50,532 bases of DNA from NCBI GenBank assembly GCA_048939015.1, contig JBHLPW010000041.1:1-50532 (forward strand). Reading direction: 5' to 3'. Origin of the DNA: Promethearchaeota archaeon. Lineage in GTDB: Archaea > Asgardarchaeota > Lokiarchaeia > Sigyniarchaeales > SOKP01. Shown piece after piece: positions 1 to 8,725 of the stretch; positions within the stretch are counted from its first letter, which is position 1; each line of letters opens with the position of its first letter. The position numbers and the translations under genes are program-made. The notes under the pieces were generated by a model, which worked only from the letters and a program-made list of their open reading frames with translations, ran no database searches and had not been told where the DNA came from.

Positions 1-314
1 TACGAAATAAAACCTTGTAAAATTAATACTTAATATAAGATTACAGAATTAATATTTAAAATTTTTTTGACTCCTTATCTATTTTACAATATATTATATA
101 ATGTGAATTGTATATAGATACAAAAAAAGATACATCAATTTGATTAAATTCTGATCCAATCATTTTACGACATTTCTAAAGCATTTTAAAAGATTTTACA
201 ATTTTTTTTCTTTTTCAACTAATCCTATGATTTTAAGTCTGAAAATTTTTAAATAGTCAAAAGTATATTCATAAAAAAGTATTTGAAAAGCTCTTAATTA
301 AGAAATTTATAACT

Positions 315-1241
315 TTGATGGGAAAAAAATTGGATTCAACAAACTCTGACCAAAAAACCCAACCTGAAAACAATGTCATTAAAGAAGAAATTAGTTTAAA
401 TTTACGCTTATGGTTACCTTTATTCTATGTCATTTATTATTGCTCTTTTCTAATACCTGGTATTATTTTTATGCTATTTATAATGTTTTTTTATTTGCCA
501 TATTTCTTAGAAATAAGAAATTTTTTTTCCCTTTTTACGAATATACCGTCCCTTATAGCTTCTTTAACGTTACCTATTGTGATAATAGTATGTTATTTAA
601 TCCATTTGTTTATTGTTGCTTTAATTACTCGATTGTTTTGGAGCTACTCAGAAAAAAAGTCTCCCTCTAAATCGGGCATCATTCCAAGAAATATCCCAAG
701 CAAAACACTAAATTTTTATCATTTTCGGAGTTTTATTATTAAATATCCTAAAAACGCATTTTCTCGTGGGCCTTTTCCCTGGTTATTAAAATGGATGTAT
801 AATTTTGTAGGTACTAATCAAATAGGAAAAGGATCTGTAATAGAAGAACAGGTTGCGGGAGATAGATTTGTAGAAGTAGGAGAAAATTCTTATATCGGGA
901 CAAATCCTGGGATTAGTTCGCATTCAGTAGATGGAATATTCGGGAATATCTCATTTGCAAAAGTAAAAATTGGAAATAATGTCACTGCTGCAGGATTTAA
1001 CTGTTTTGCTCCAGGTATGGATTCTGGAGATAACTCATGGTGGCTACCGATGACAGGTGCAACAAAATATAATATTATGAAAGGAGATAATTACTATTAC
1101 GGTACACCTCTTAGAAAGATTTTTAAGAAACGTGTAATGGAATATCTTCAAATTTCAGAAGAGGATTTAAAGAAAGGAGAAGAATTATCTAATACTTTGG
1201 AATTGTCAAAAAAGAAAAAAAAGGAGAAAAAGTTAAGATAA
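315..1241 (+). CDS. Membrane LbH (hexapeptide-repeat) acyltransferase-like protein, module A (Pls/NRPS terminal-domain-like)
   Basis: Two N-terminal hydrophobic helices, then SPSKSGIIPRN, then LbH repeats (IGKGSVI, VEVGENSYIG, SSH, VKIGNNVT, YYYGTP). Clearly paralogous to the N-halves of 10605..12431 and 12930..14786. Confidence 0.75.
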   Translation: MMGKKLDSTNSDQKTQPENNVIKEEISLNLRLWLPLFYVIYYCSFLIPGIIFMLFIMFFYLPYFLEIRNFFSLFTNIPSLIASLTLPIVIIVCYLIHLFIVALITRLFWSYSEKKSPSKSGIIPRNIPSKTLNFYHFRSFIIKYPKNAFSRGPFPWLLKWMYNFVGTNQIGKGSVIEEQVAGDRFVEVGENSYIGTNPGISSHSVDGIFGNISFAKVKIGNNVTAAGFNCFAPGMDSGDNSWWLPMTGATKYNIMKGDNYYYGTPLRKIFKKRVMEYLQISEEDLKKGEELSNTLELSKKKKKEKKLR

Positions 1242-2122
1242 TGGAACTCAATGTAAGAAATGATAAGGCTGTGGATTATACTATTGATTTTGTAACCACT
1301 AGTGCGATTAGTAAAATTGGTTATAAATTTCTAGCATTATATATACCAATTTTATGGGTTTCTGGATATATGGCTGCAACCGTATTTTTCGATGTATCAC
1401 GTTATATCCCATGGTATATTAATATGTTTTTAATACCTGTCTGGTTATTCATTTTATATTTTATTTTTGTATTTGGTATCGCCATTTTTACAAAAGCCTT
1501 TTTGCTCATTATAAATATGGTGCATAAGCCTAAGGAAGGTGTATTTAGAGCAGAAGAAGGTGATAAAGACTACGAATTCTGGAGGGTAAGAGTAGAACTT
1601 AAAAAGCTTGTCTTTTGGTTTATGAATAATGGTCCCATAACTTGGATAGTAATGTGGGGTTTTAGATGGATGGGTATTAAAGTGGATTTTTCAAGTCATA
1701 TGCAAGATGCTTGGGCGGATGGAGGATTTATAGAATTCGGTAGAAACGTTACCGTAGGTCAAGGTGCTGTAGTAATGAGCTCAATGGTAATAGGTAAATA
1801 TTTAATAATTAAAAAAGTAGATCTTGGGGATTACAATGTTGTTGGAGGTTTATCACTTATTTCCCCTGGTACTATTATGGGCAAAGAAACTATCATTGGG
1901 GCTTTTTCTGGTACAATTCCAAATCAAAAATTAGAGTCTGGATGGGTATATCTAGGTCCAAACAATGCTAGGAAATTAAAACCAAATAAATTTGCTGAAC
2001 AGAGAAGAGATTTAATATATGAAAAGCATGTTGATGATGAAGTGAAAATTAAAGTCACACAAGAAGTGAATATTGAAGATGAAAAGAAAGATCTTTTAAA
2101 TAACCATGGTGAGGATGAATAA
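1241..2122 (+). CDS. Membrane LbH acyltransferase-like protein, module B
   Basis: DFVTTSAIS, two TM helices, HKPKEGVF..DYEFW, FIEFGRNVTVGQGAVV, ISPGTIMG, WVYLGP, EVNIEDEKK. Start overlaps the upstream stop (TAATG). Paralogous to the C-halves of the fused genes. Confidence 0.75.
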   Translation: MELNVRNDKAVDYTIDFVTTSAISKIGYKFLALYIPILWVSGYMAATVFFDVSRYIPWYINMFLIPVWLFILYFIFVFGIAIFTKAFLLIINMVHKPKEGVFRAEEGDKDYEFWRVRVELKKLVFWFMNNGPITWIVMWGFRWMGIKVDFSSHMQDAWADGGFIEFGRNVTVGQGAVVMSSMVIGKYLIIKKVDLGDYNVVGGLSLISPGTIMGKETIIGAFSGTIPNQKLESGWVYLGPNNARKLKPNKFAEQRRDLIYEKHVDDEVKIKVTQEVNIEDEKKDLLNNHGEDE

Positions 2123-2124
2123 TC

Positions 2125-2973
2125 ATGTCAGTACCTTCAAGTTTAAAAGTAGGACCTAATACAACTCTCCTTTTAGCAAAAAAGAGATATCTTGTCTTCT
2201 ATATTTTTCTTATCTGGATTAGTCTTTTTTCAATTCAATTTGAATTCTGGGTACTGTGGATCCTGTATGAATCAAAATTTATTCACTTTTTATTGCTCCT
2301 CCCTTTAGTTGTTTTTATAATGTATTTAACTTCAATTTTAGTATCTTTAATCTTCGCTAAAATCATTCTTATTATTGTAAATCTTATTCATAAACCCCGT
2401 GAAGGGGTATTTTTAAGGCATCATTCAAATAAAGATTATAAATATTGGAGTTTAAGAAACACAATAAAAAAATGGCCAATTTGGTTATCACATAAGTTTC
2501 CTTTTCCTTTTATAGATAATTTATGTTTTAAAATGTTTGGCGTACGAACTAAATTGTCCAGTTCCTTATTTGAAGGATGGGTAGATACTGAATTTATCGA
2601 ATTCGGAAAAAATGTAGTTGTGGGACAAGGAGCTATTGTTCAGTCTGCAATCATAGTTGGAAATCTATTTATCATAAGAAAAACAATCATAGAGGATAAT
2701 GTTGTTATTGGAGCTCAGAGTGTTATTATGCCTGGAACACATATGAAAAAGAATTCAATTTTAGGAGGTCATTCTCTAACCACGGTAGGTCAAGAAATTG
2801 AAGAGGGTTGGATTTATTTAGGGGCTCCAGCAAAAAAATTTAAAAAGAATGTATTTCTTGAAGACGATTTGGAAGAAATTATACGCAAACAAGGAGAGAA
2901 ACAAGTTAAAGCAAAAATCAGTGTTGAAGAATTATATACGGTACGTAAAGATAAAGAAACCAAGCTTGAATAA
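2125..2973 (+). CDS. Membrane LbH acyltransferase-like protein, module C
   Basis: Two TM helices, HKPREGVFLR..DYKYWSLR, FGKNVVVGQGAIVQS, IEDNVVIGAQSVIMPGT, WIYLGAPAK. Close paralogue of 14783..15733. Confidence 0.78.
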   Translation: MSVPSSLKVGPNTTLLLAKKRYLVFYIFLIWISLFSIQFEFWVLWILYESKFIHFLLLLPLVVFIMYLTSILVSLIFAKIILIIVNLIHKPREGVFLRHHSNKDYKYWSLRNTIKKWPIWLSHKFPFPFIDNLCFKMFGVRTKLSSSLFEGWVDTEFIEFGKNVVVGQGAIVQSAIIVGNLFIIRKTIIEDNVVIGAQSVIMPGTHMKKNSILGGHSLTTVGQEIEEGWIYLGAPAKKFKKNVFLEDDLEEIIRKQGEKQVKAKISVEELYTVRKDKETKLE

Positions 2974-3019
2974 AAAAAATCTTTGCTTATAAATATTATA
3001 TTCTTAAGGTAAACTAAAT

Positions 3020-3814
3020 ATGAAAGTTGGTTATATTCAGTCATCTCCAGTATTTGGAGATAAAAAGAAGAATTTTGAAGAAATTGAAAAGCTTATATCA
3101 AATTTAAGAGCAGATTTAATTGTTTTGCCAGAATTATTTGCAACGGGATATACTTTTACGTCTAAAAAAGAAGCAGAATCTTTAGCAGAAGATCTTGAAG
3201 GTGAAACAGCTCATTTTTTAATTAAAATCTCCCAATCAACAGGAGCTATTGTTGTTGGAGGATATATTGAAAAAGATCACCAGAAGATCTATAATTCTGC
3301 AATGATTGCATCAAAAAATGGAGTCATTGACTCTTATAGAAAAATACATTTATATTTCAAGGAAAAAATGTGGTTCTCCCCCGGAGATAGACCATTAAAA
3401 GTATATGATATTAATGGAGTTAAAATAGGTATTATGATTTGTTTCGATTGGATTTTTCCAGAAACAGCACGTATTCTAGCAATCTTAGATGCTGATATCA
3501 TTGCTCATCCAGCAAATTTAGTACTTCCTTATTGTCAAAAGGCTATGGTCACGAGAAGTTTAGAAAATCGGGTATTTAGTATAACTTCAAATAGAATTGG
3601 AGAAGAAAAAAGAGGAAGGGATTATTTTAGATTTACAGGAAGTAGTCAGATAACTTCTTTTAATGGTGAAATTTTATCATCTGCTCCTAATGATAAAACC
3701 TATGTTGATATCATAGATATTGATATTCAGAAAGCTCGAAATAAAAAACTAAATGAATTTAATGATTTATTTAAGGATCGTCGAGTAGAGTTATATAAGA
3801 CCATTGTTAAGTAA
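3020..3814 (+). CDS. Carbon-nitrogen hydrolase (nitrilase superfamily amidase)
   Basis: Catalytic E-K-C triad motifs LPELF, YRKIHL, MICFDWIFPE. Confidence 0.93.
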   Translation: MKVGYIQSSPVFGDKKKNFEEIEKLISNLRADLIVLPELFATGYTFTSKKEAESLAEDLEGETAHFLIKISQSTGAIVVGGYIEKDHQKIYNSAMIASKNGVIDSYRKIHLYFKEKMWFSPGDRPLKVYDINGVKIGIMICFDWIFPETARILAILDADIIAHPANLVLPYCQKAMVTRSLENRVFSITSNRIGEEKRGRDYFRFTGSSQITSFNGEILSSAPNDKTYVDIIDIDIQKARNKKLNEFNDLFKDRRVELYKTIVK

Positions 3815-3837
3815 AAATAAACAATCCTTTTAATTGT

Positions 3838-4731
3838 ATGAAAATTGGATATCCTTGTATAAATTTATCTTTAGAATGCAGAAGTAGTAGAACTTTTCGG
3901 TTAAAAAATTATTCCGAAGAAAAGCTCATAGATACCATTGAAGGCAATTTAAACTGCTTACTGAAAATATTAGAATTTAACTTTAACAATAGTCTTTTGT
4001 TTTTTCGAATTACTTCAGATTTAATTCCATTTGCTTCTCATCCAATTATGAAATTTAATTGGCAAGATCATTTTAAATCTAAATTTCGGGAAATTGGTAC
4101 TTATATAAAGAAGAACTCCATGCGTATTACTATGCATCCGGGTCAATATACTGTTCTTAATTCTAAGAATGAGAAAGTGGTCCAAAATAGTATAAAAGAA
4201 TTGAAATACCACGTTGATGTTTTAGAACTATTAGGTTTAGACTCAACAGCGAAGGTAATGACCCATGTGGGAGGTGTCTATGGAGATAAGAACAATAGTA
4301 TTAAACGTTTTCTCCAAATATATACAACTCTCAGTGATACCATAAAGGAGCACTATATAATTGAGAATGATGATAAGAGTTACAATATAAAGGATTGCTT
4401 AAAAATCAATGAGAAGATAGGAATTCCAATTGTTTTCGATTCATATCATCATTTTTGTTATAATCTAGGAGAATCTTTAGAAATAGCTATGGAACTTATC
4501 AATAAAACTTGGAAAAAGTCAGATGGGATTCCTATTATACATTACAGCTCTGAACACCCAAATAAAGGTAAATATAGTCATGCTGATGAAGTAAACCTAA
4601 ACCATTTTAGTGAATTCTTAAAATTAACAAAAAAATTCAATTTTGATCTAATGTTCGAAATTAAAAATAAAGAAAAGAGTGCTTTACTTGCATTAAAATA
4701 TCTAATTAATGATAATCGCTTTAATAAATAA
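3838..4731 (+). CDS. uvsE: UV DNA damage endonuclease
   Basis: KIGYPCIN, FFRITSDLIPFASHP, RITMHPGQY, HVGGVYGDK, IENDD, FDSYHH, HYS, HAD, DLMFEIKNKE. Confidence 0.95.
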   Translation: MKIGYPCINLSLECRSSRTFRLKNYSEEKLIDTIEGNLNCLLKILEFNFNNSLLFFRITSDLIPFASHPIMKFNWQDHFKSKFREIGTYIKKNSMRITMHPGQYTVLNSKNEKVVQNSIKELKYHVDVLELLGLDSTAKVMTHVGGVYGDKNNSIKRFLQIYTTLSDTIKEHYIIENDDKSYNIKDCLKINEKIGIPIVFDSYHHFCYNLGESLEIAMELINKTWKKSDGIPIIHYSSEHPNKGKYSHADEVNLNHFSEFLKLTKKFNFDLMFEIKNKEKSALLALKYLINDNRFNK

Positions 4732-4779
4732 TGGATATGTATTAGATTTAATTTACGATAAATTTTTAAAAAAAAAAGT

Positions 4780-5262
4780 TTGATGTTATTGATGAAAATT
4801 GTTAAATTACCAAGAATGGATAATAGGGAAATAAAAGAAACAATTAATTCGCAAAAATTATGTAGAATTGCATTCATAGATGATAAATATCCTTATATTG
4901 CACCATTTCAGTATGTCTGTATAAATGATGAGCTATATTTTCATTTTACTAATTATGGCAAGAAGAAGAAGATCCTCTCAAAAAATACAAATGTGTGCGT
5001 TTCTATAGAAAATTTCGAACCGGATCTTAGTAGATATTATTTTATATCGATGCAAGGCAATTTAGAAGTAGTTGAAAATATCGATTTAAAAGCGAAAGTC
5101 ATTTATCAAATGAAAAATTCTGCCGGTAGTAATTATTCAGAAAATTTCCTTTCAGTGCATGGTTTTGATAAGAAACTTGGATGGGAAGGATTTGTAACGG
5201 AAGACCAACTGATATATAAATTCATTCAGTCAAAAGATACAATTGGATTAAAGTCTATTTAA
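4780..5262 (+). CDS. Pyridoxamine 5'-phosphate oxidase-like flavin-binding protein (NimA-like)
   Basis: LCRIAF..PYIAPF..LYFH...GKK..L..N.NVCV split-barrel signature. True start may be the ATG at about 4792. Confidence 0.82.
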   Translation: MMLLMKIVKLPRMDNREIKETINSQKLCRIAFIDDKYPYIAPFQYVCINDELYFHFTNYGKKKKILSKNTNVCVSIENFEPDLSRYYFISMQGNLEVVENIDLKAKVIYQMKNSAGSNYSENFLSVHGFDKKLGWEGFVTEDQLIYKFIQSKDTIGLKSI

Positions 5263-5319
5263 AAATCTAATAACTTTTTAGTTTAATATTTCATAAAAAT
5301 TTATTTTAAAAGAATAATT

Positions 5320-5389
5320 TGATTTGGACAAGTGTGGCCAACTTTGAAGAATAAAATCTCATTTTTATTATTTTATTCCCTCCAAATCA
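5320..5389 (-). promoter_or_regulatory. Structured 3' UTR of the selenoprotein gene (candidate SECIS-like element or terminator)
   Basis: Perfect 9-bp inverted repeat UGAUUUGGA/UCCAAAUCA enclosing an 11-bp GGGAAUAAAAU/AUUUUAUUCUU stem with an A-rich loop. It starts directly after the stop codon. Confidence 0.45.
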
Positions 5390-5863
5390 TTATTTATTAA
5401 TTTTTTTTAGAACTTCTAAAATTTCCTCGTTTTCAGGAATATCATGCATATTTTTACCATAGTATGCATATTGAATTATCCCTTGCTTGTCAATTACCAA
5501 TAAACCAGGCATCCGTCCCAATTTGATTAACCTTATTTCTTGTTTTAACATTTCAGCTACCTTCTTTGATTCGTCATAAAAAACAGGATACTTTCGTGCA
5601 TATTTTTGTTCCATTTTTTTTGCGTTATTTTCGTTATCTACTAGTATCGGATATAAATACCCATCCAATTCTTCAAATTTTTCTAGATCTTTTCTTAATC
5701 TAGCAGCATGCCACCGACAGTAAGGTCAATTAATGTCTCTAAATAACACAATTATTACATTTTTTTTATTTTCAAACTCTCTGATGTTGATTGTTTCGCC
5801 TCTAGAGTTTGGTAAACTAAACTCAGCAATTTTAGTACCAACTAAATTGAATTTATCTTTCAA
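5390..5863 (-). CDS. Peroxiredoxin-like (AhpC/TSA, thioredoxin fold) selenoprotein with UxxC motif, 157 aa
   Basis: The ORF track gives only 5390..5668. The same frame extends upstream through one TGA (5726-5728) to a TTG at 5863: MKDKFNLVGTKIAEFSLPNSRGETINIREFENKKNVIIVLFRDIN-U-PYCRWHAARL...PGLLVIDKQGIIQYAYYG...DIP. Confidence 0.88.
5694..5724 (-). promoter_or_regulatory. Hairpin immediately 3' of the in-frame UGA (candidate recoding element)
   Basis: mRNA UGA-C-CUUA(CU)GUC-GGUGG-[CAUG]-CUGCU(A)GAU-UAAG can pair as a 12-bp interrupted stem with several G-U pairs. Confidence 0.4.
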
Positions 5864-6139
5864 TTTGACGTCACTTTGGTTTTTATTTATATTTTAAATA
5901 AAGAATAAATAAATATTGTTTAATTATATATTCCTTTAAAATTATAAATTTAAATCCAAGTTTACCTAGTAGGATTTTTAATAATAGGATTAATACTGGC
6001 TGTTTGTTATATATATATAATTTTTTTTATATTTTATTAATAATTTTTACTTTTTTTTCTAGATTTTTAAGAATATAGTCTTGTTATTTTATAATTTCGA
6101 GAAGTATTAGTTATAATCTAATTTTCAATATTTTTAATT

Positions 6140-6979
6140 ATGAACTCTATTGATAAAAATGAAGAAGGTTGGTTAATACCAAAATCTCCAATCACATTTG
6201 AATACTTAAAAAGATTCAATCGTAATATGGGTATTTTACATTTAATACAGGGGTTACTTATGGTTCTATTTGGTTTTTTGCCTCAGCTTGCCTTTTCCAG
6301 AGACATATACACATTTTATCTTAAATTTGAACTCGTAGGTCCAGATTTTATTATCTCACCTAACCCAACTGTACTCTTTGTCTTTAGCGCTTTAGGAGCA
6401 TTTGTTGGTTCCTTTTTATTGATGTCTGCTATTGCTCATCTATTAATTGCTTACCCACTAAATAAAAGTTATGTTAGAAATTTAAAAAAGGGAATAAACA
6501 AAGTACGTTGGTTTGAATATGCACTTTCAAGTTCAGTGATGATATTCTTAATAGCTATTTTTTTTGGAGTCTGGGATTTCTGGTCATTGTTTATGATTTT
6601 TGTCTCGAATGCTCTGATGAATATGTTTGGCTTGATGATGGAATTATATAACGTATATACGAGAGAGAAAGGTGAAAAAGTTAAATGGACCCCATATTAT
6701 TTAGGCGTCATAGCCGGAGCTGTTCCCTGGATCGTTATTACCGCTTATTTTATAAGTACTGAAACAATTGGAGGAGAAGTGCCATTATTTGTATATTGGA
6801 TTTACGGTATCGAATTGTTTTTCTTTAATACATTTGCAATCAACATGATCCTACAATATAAAGGAGTAGGTAAATGGAAAGATTATCTATACGGTGAAAG
6901 AGTATATCAAATTCTAAGTCTTGTATCTAAAACATTTCTAGCGTGGCTTGTATTTGGTGGAGTATTTAGTCCAACATAA
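6140..6979 (+). CDS. heR: Heliorhodopsin
   Basis: Seven TM helices; N.xMGILHLIQG, SAIAH, RWFEYALSSSVM (counterion Glu), FNTFAINM, YLYGERVYQILSLVSKTFLAW (retinal-binding Lys). Confidence 0.95.
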   Translation: MNSIDKNEEGWLIPKSPITFEYLKRFNRNMGILHLIQGLLMVLFGFLPQLAFSRDIYTFYLKFELVGPDFIISPNPTVLFVFSALGAFVGSFLLMSAIAHLLIAYPLNKSYVRNLKKGINKVRWFEYALSSSVMIFLIAIFFGVWDFWSLFMIFVSNALMNMFGLMMELYNVYTREKGEKVKWTPYYLGVIAGAVPWIVITAYFISTETIGGEVPLFVYWIYGIELFFFNTFAINMILQYKGVGKWKDYLYGERVYQILSLVSKTFLAWLVFGGVFSPT

Positions 6980-6993
6980 AATAATAACTAAAA

Positions 6994-7013
6994 TTTTTTT
7001 CTTTTTTTTTTTT
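6994..7013 (+). terminator. Oligo-T archaeal-type terminator
   Basis: Long T tract just after the heliorhodopsin stop, between convergent genes. Confidence 0.5.
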
Positions 7014-7021
7014 ATAAAAAT

Positions 7022-8662
7022 TTAAAGTTCCAAAACATATATTGGCCATTTTTTCAAAATACCTTTAGGGTTTTTCCCGTTTCTTACTTTATTTAAAATA
7101 TCGGATCGTGTTGCTAAGAAATCTATTGGATAAGATTTGATTAATTCTATTTGAATTTCTTTAGTTAAAATAGCTTGTTGAAAATTTTCATTTTTAATAC
7201 AATTCACCAATATATCACTATAATTTTGTGAATTTGAACATTTTGTATTCTCTTGTGAATAAAGATATAATATTGATTTGGTATTCGCAGAAGCATTATG
7301 ATTTACTAAAAGAAGTGAGTCAATATCTATAGCACAGTTCTCTTTCAAACAATTTAGTAGCAATCTTGGATTTAAAATTTCGAAATTCGGAAAAGTAAAA
7401 AAATCTCCTACATATACTTTATAATTTGAGGGTATAAGAACCTCTTTTGAAAAATTTATTGGATATTTTAATTCAAAACTCGATCTTAATATTTGACCAT
7501 CAATTTGTGGAAGCCCTTCTTGGTCTTTAATTGATATAACATCCCCTAAATCTATATTTATTAATACTTCTGAATTATGAAGACGAGAAACATAAAGCTC
7601 ACCAATGCTATTTTTTGTTCTAGAAACTGCTTCTTTCTTTCCTTTATGTTCTAACACTGGTAATGTTAAGGGAAAGATGTACATTCGATTCGAACGTGAT
7701 ATTTCAAAATCTCCTTTATTAATGCTTGCCGCAAATGGTCCAATCTCAGATGCCACATAAAGGTTGGTAAATTTCTCTTTCCCTTCCTCCCATTTCATAA
7801 ATTTGCGAATTAAGTTCCAATCTAATTTTGATAAAGAACTAATACTAAAAATTAAAGTTGCCCCTGATAATTTTTGGGATAGTTCATTCTGAATTTGTTT
7901 TGTAGCATCAAGTAATCCATTTTTTTCTATTTTCAACAAGAAATCTTCAAGTTCAGAGTTTTGATTTTTATTTATCAAATCAAGTGATCTTCTTATTCCC
8001 TCTTGGAGTCTATTAATATCTGCCCATCCTAAAATTGTTATAGCGGGAGCGGAAATAACTGAGATATCATCCATTGTAAGAATTTTAGCTATAATCTCTA
8101 AATTCCTAGAATTTTTATATTCATAGAACGAATATGATCTTGGTTTAATAATAGAAAGCATGATCCGTTGAGAAAATTCTGAAGAATAGAGTGATACGTA
8201 CTTATTACCATCGAAAGTATTAATTCCATCAAATTTTAGTCTCGAAGGTACAAAAATTATAGCAGATGATTTTGAATCTAAACCGCTGGATTCAAATATT
8301 GCTTGCATACCAGGAGCCCATTGTCTCTTTACAACATCCTCTCCCATATAAAACCATTTAAGCATAGATAGCTTACTGTTTGTAGTCCCTGAAGAATGAC
8401 AAAAAATTAACGAGTTATTACCTTCCTGACTTTTCAAAAAGTCCTCTAAATTTATTGAAAAACTTCTTGATTCAGTGGTTTCAGACCTTAATCTTTCGAA
8501 GATATCTTCAACAGATGATAAACCCGATAGTTTCAGAGTCATTTCCTCATATTCTTCTCGAGAACTAATATCAAGCCACTTTCTCCATTTCGTTTTTTGA
8601 ATGTTGGAGAAATTCTTATCGAAAATTTTTTGAGTCTCTAAATCAAAATCGAACGTATTCAA
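7022..8662 (-). CDS. GH3-like / ANL-superfamily adenylate-forming enzyme
   Basis: Three adenylation motifs in the expected order: HSSGTT, LYVASE, IDLGD. These correspond to GH3 SSGTS, YASSE and YRxGD. Confidence 0.65.
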   Translation of the reverse strand: MNTFDFDLETQKIFDKNFSNIQKTKWRKWLDISSREEYEEMTLKLSGLSSVEDIFERLRSETTESRSFSINLEDFLKSQEGNNSLIFCHSSGTTNSKLSMLKWFYMGEDVVKRQWAPGMQAIFESSGLDSKSSAIIFVPSRLKFDGINTFDGNKYVSLYSSEFSQRIMLSIIKPRSYSFYEYKNSRNLEIIAKILTMDDISVISAPAITILGWADINRLQEGIRRSLDLINKNQNSELEDFLLKIEKNGLLDATKQIQNELSQKLSGATLIFSISSLSKLDWNLIRKFMKWEEGKEKFTNLYVASEIGPFAASINKGDFEISRSNRMYIFPLTLPVLEHKGKKEAVSRTKNSIGELYVSRLHNSEVLINIDLGDVISIKDQEGLPQIDGQILRSSFELKYPINFSKEVLIPSNYKVYVGDFFTFPNFEILNPRLLLNCLKENCAIDIDSLLLVNHNASANTKSILYLYSQENTKCSNSQNYSDILVNCIKNENFQQAILTKEIQIELIKSYPIDFLATRSDILNKVRNGKNPKGILKKWPIYVLEL

Positions 8663-8725
8663 TTCAAAACCAATATAAATTTATGTAAGAAAGAAGGAAA
8701 AAAAAAATAAATAATTATGTTAAAA

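Noticed and set aside
1-314. AT-rich leader region as coding sequence
   Set aside because: Frames examined are interrupted by stops; it is more likely promoter or intergenic DNA.
5390-5668. 92-aa ORF as a complete gene or as a pseudogene fragment
   Set aside because: It lacks the N-terminal fold and redox motif. The single TGA at the catalytic position with intact flanks favours recoding.
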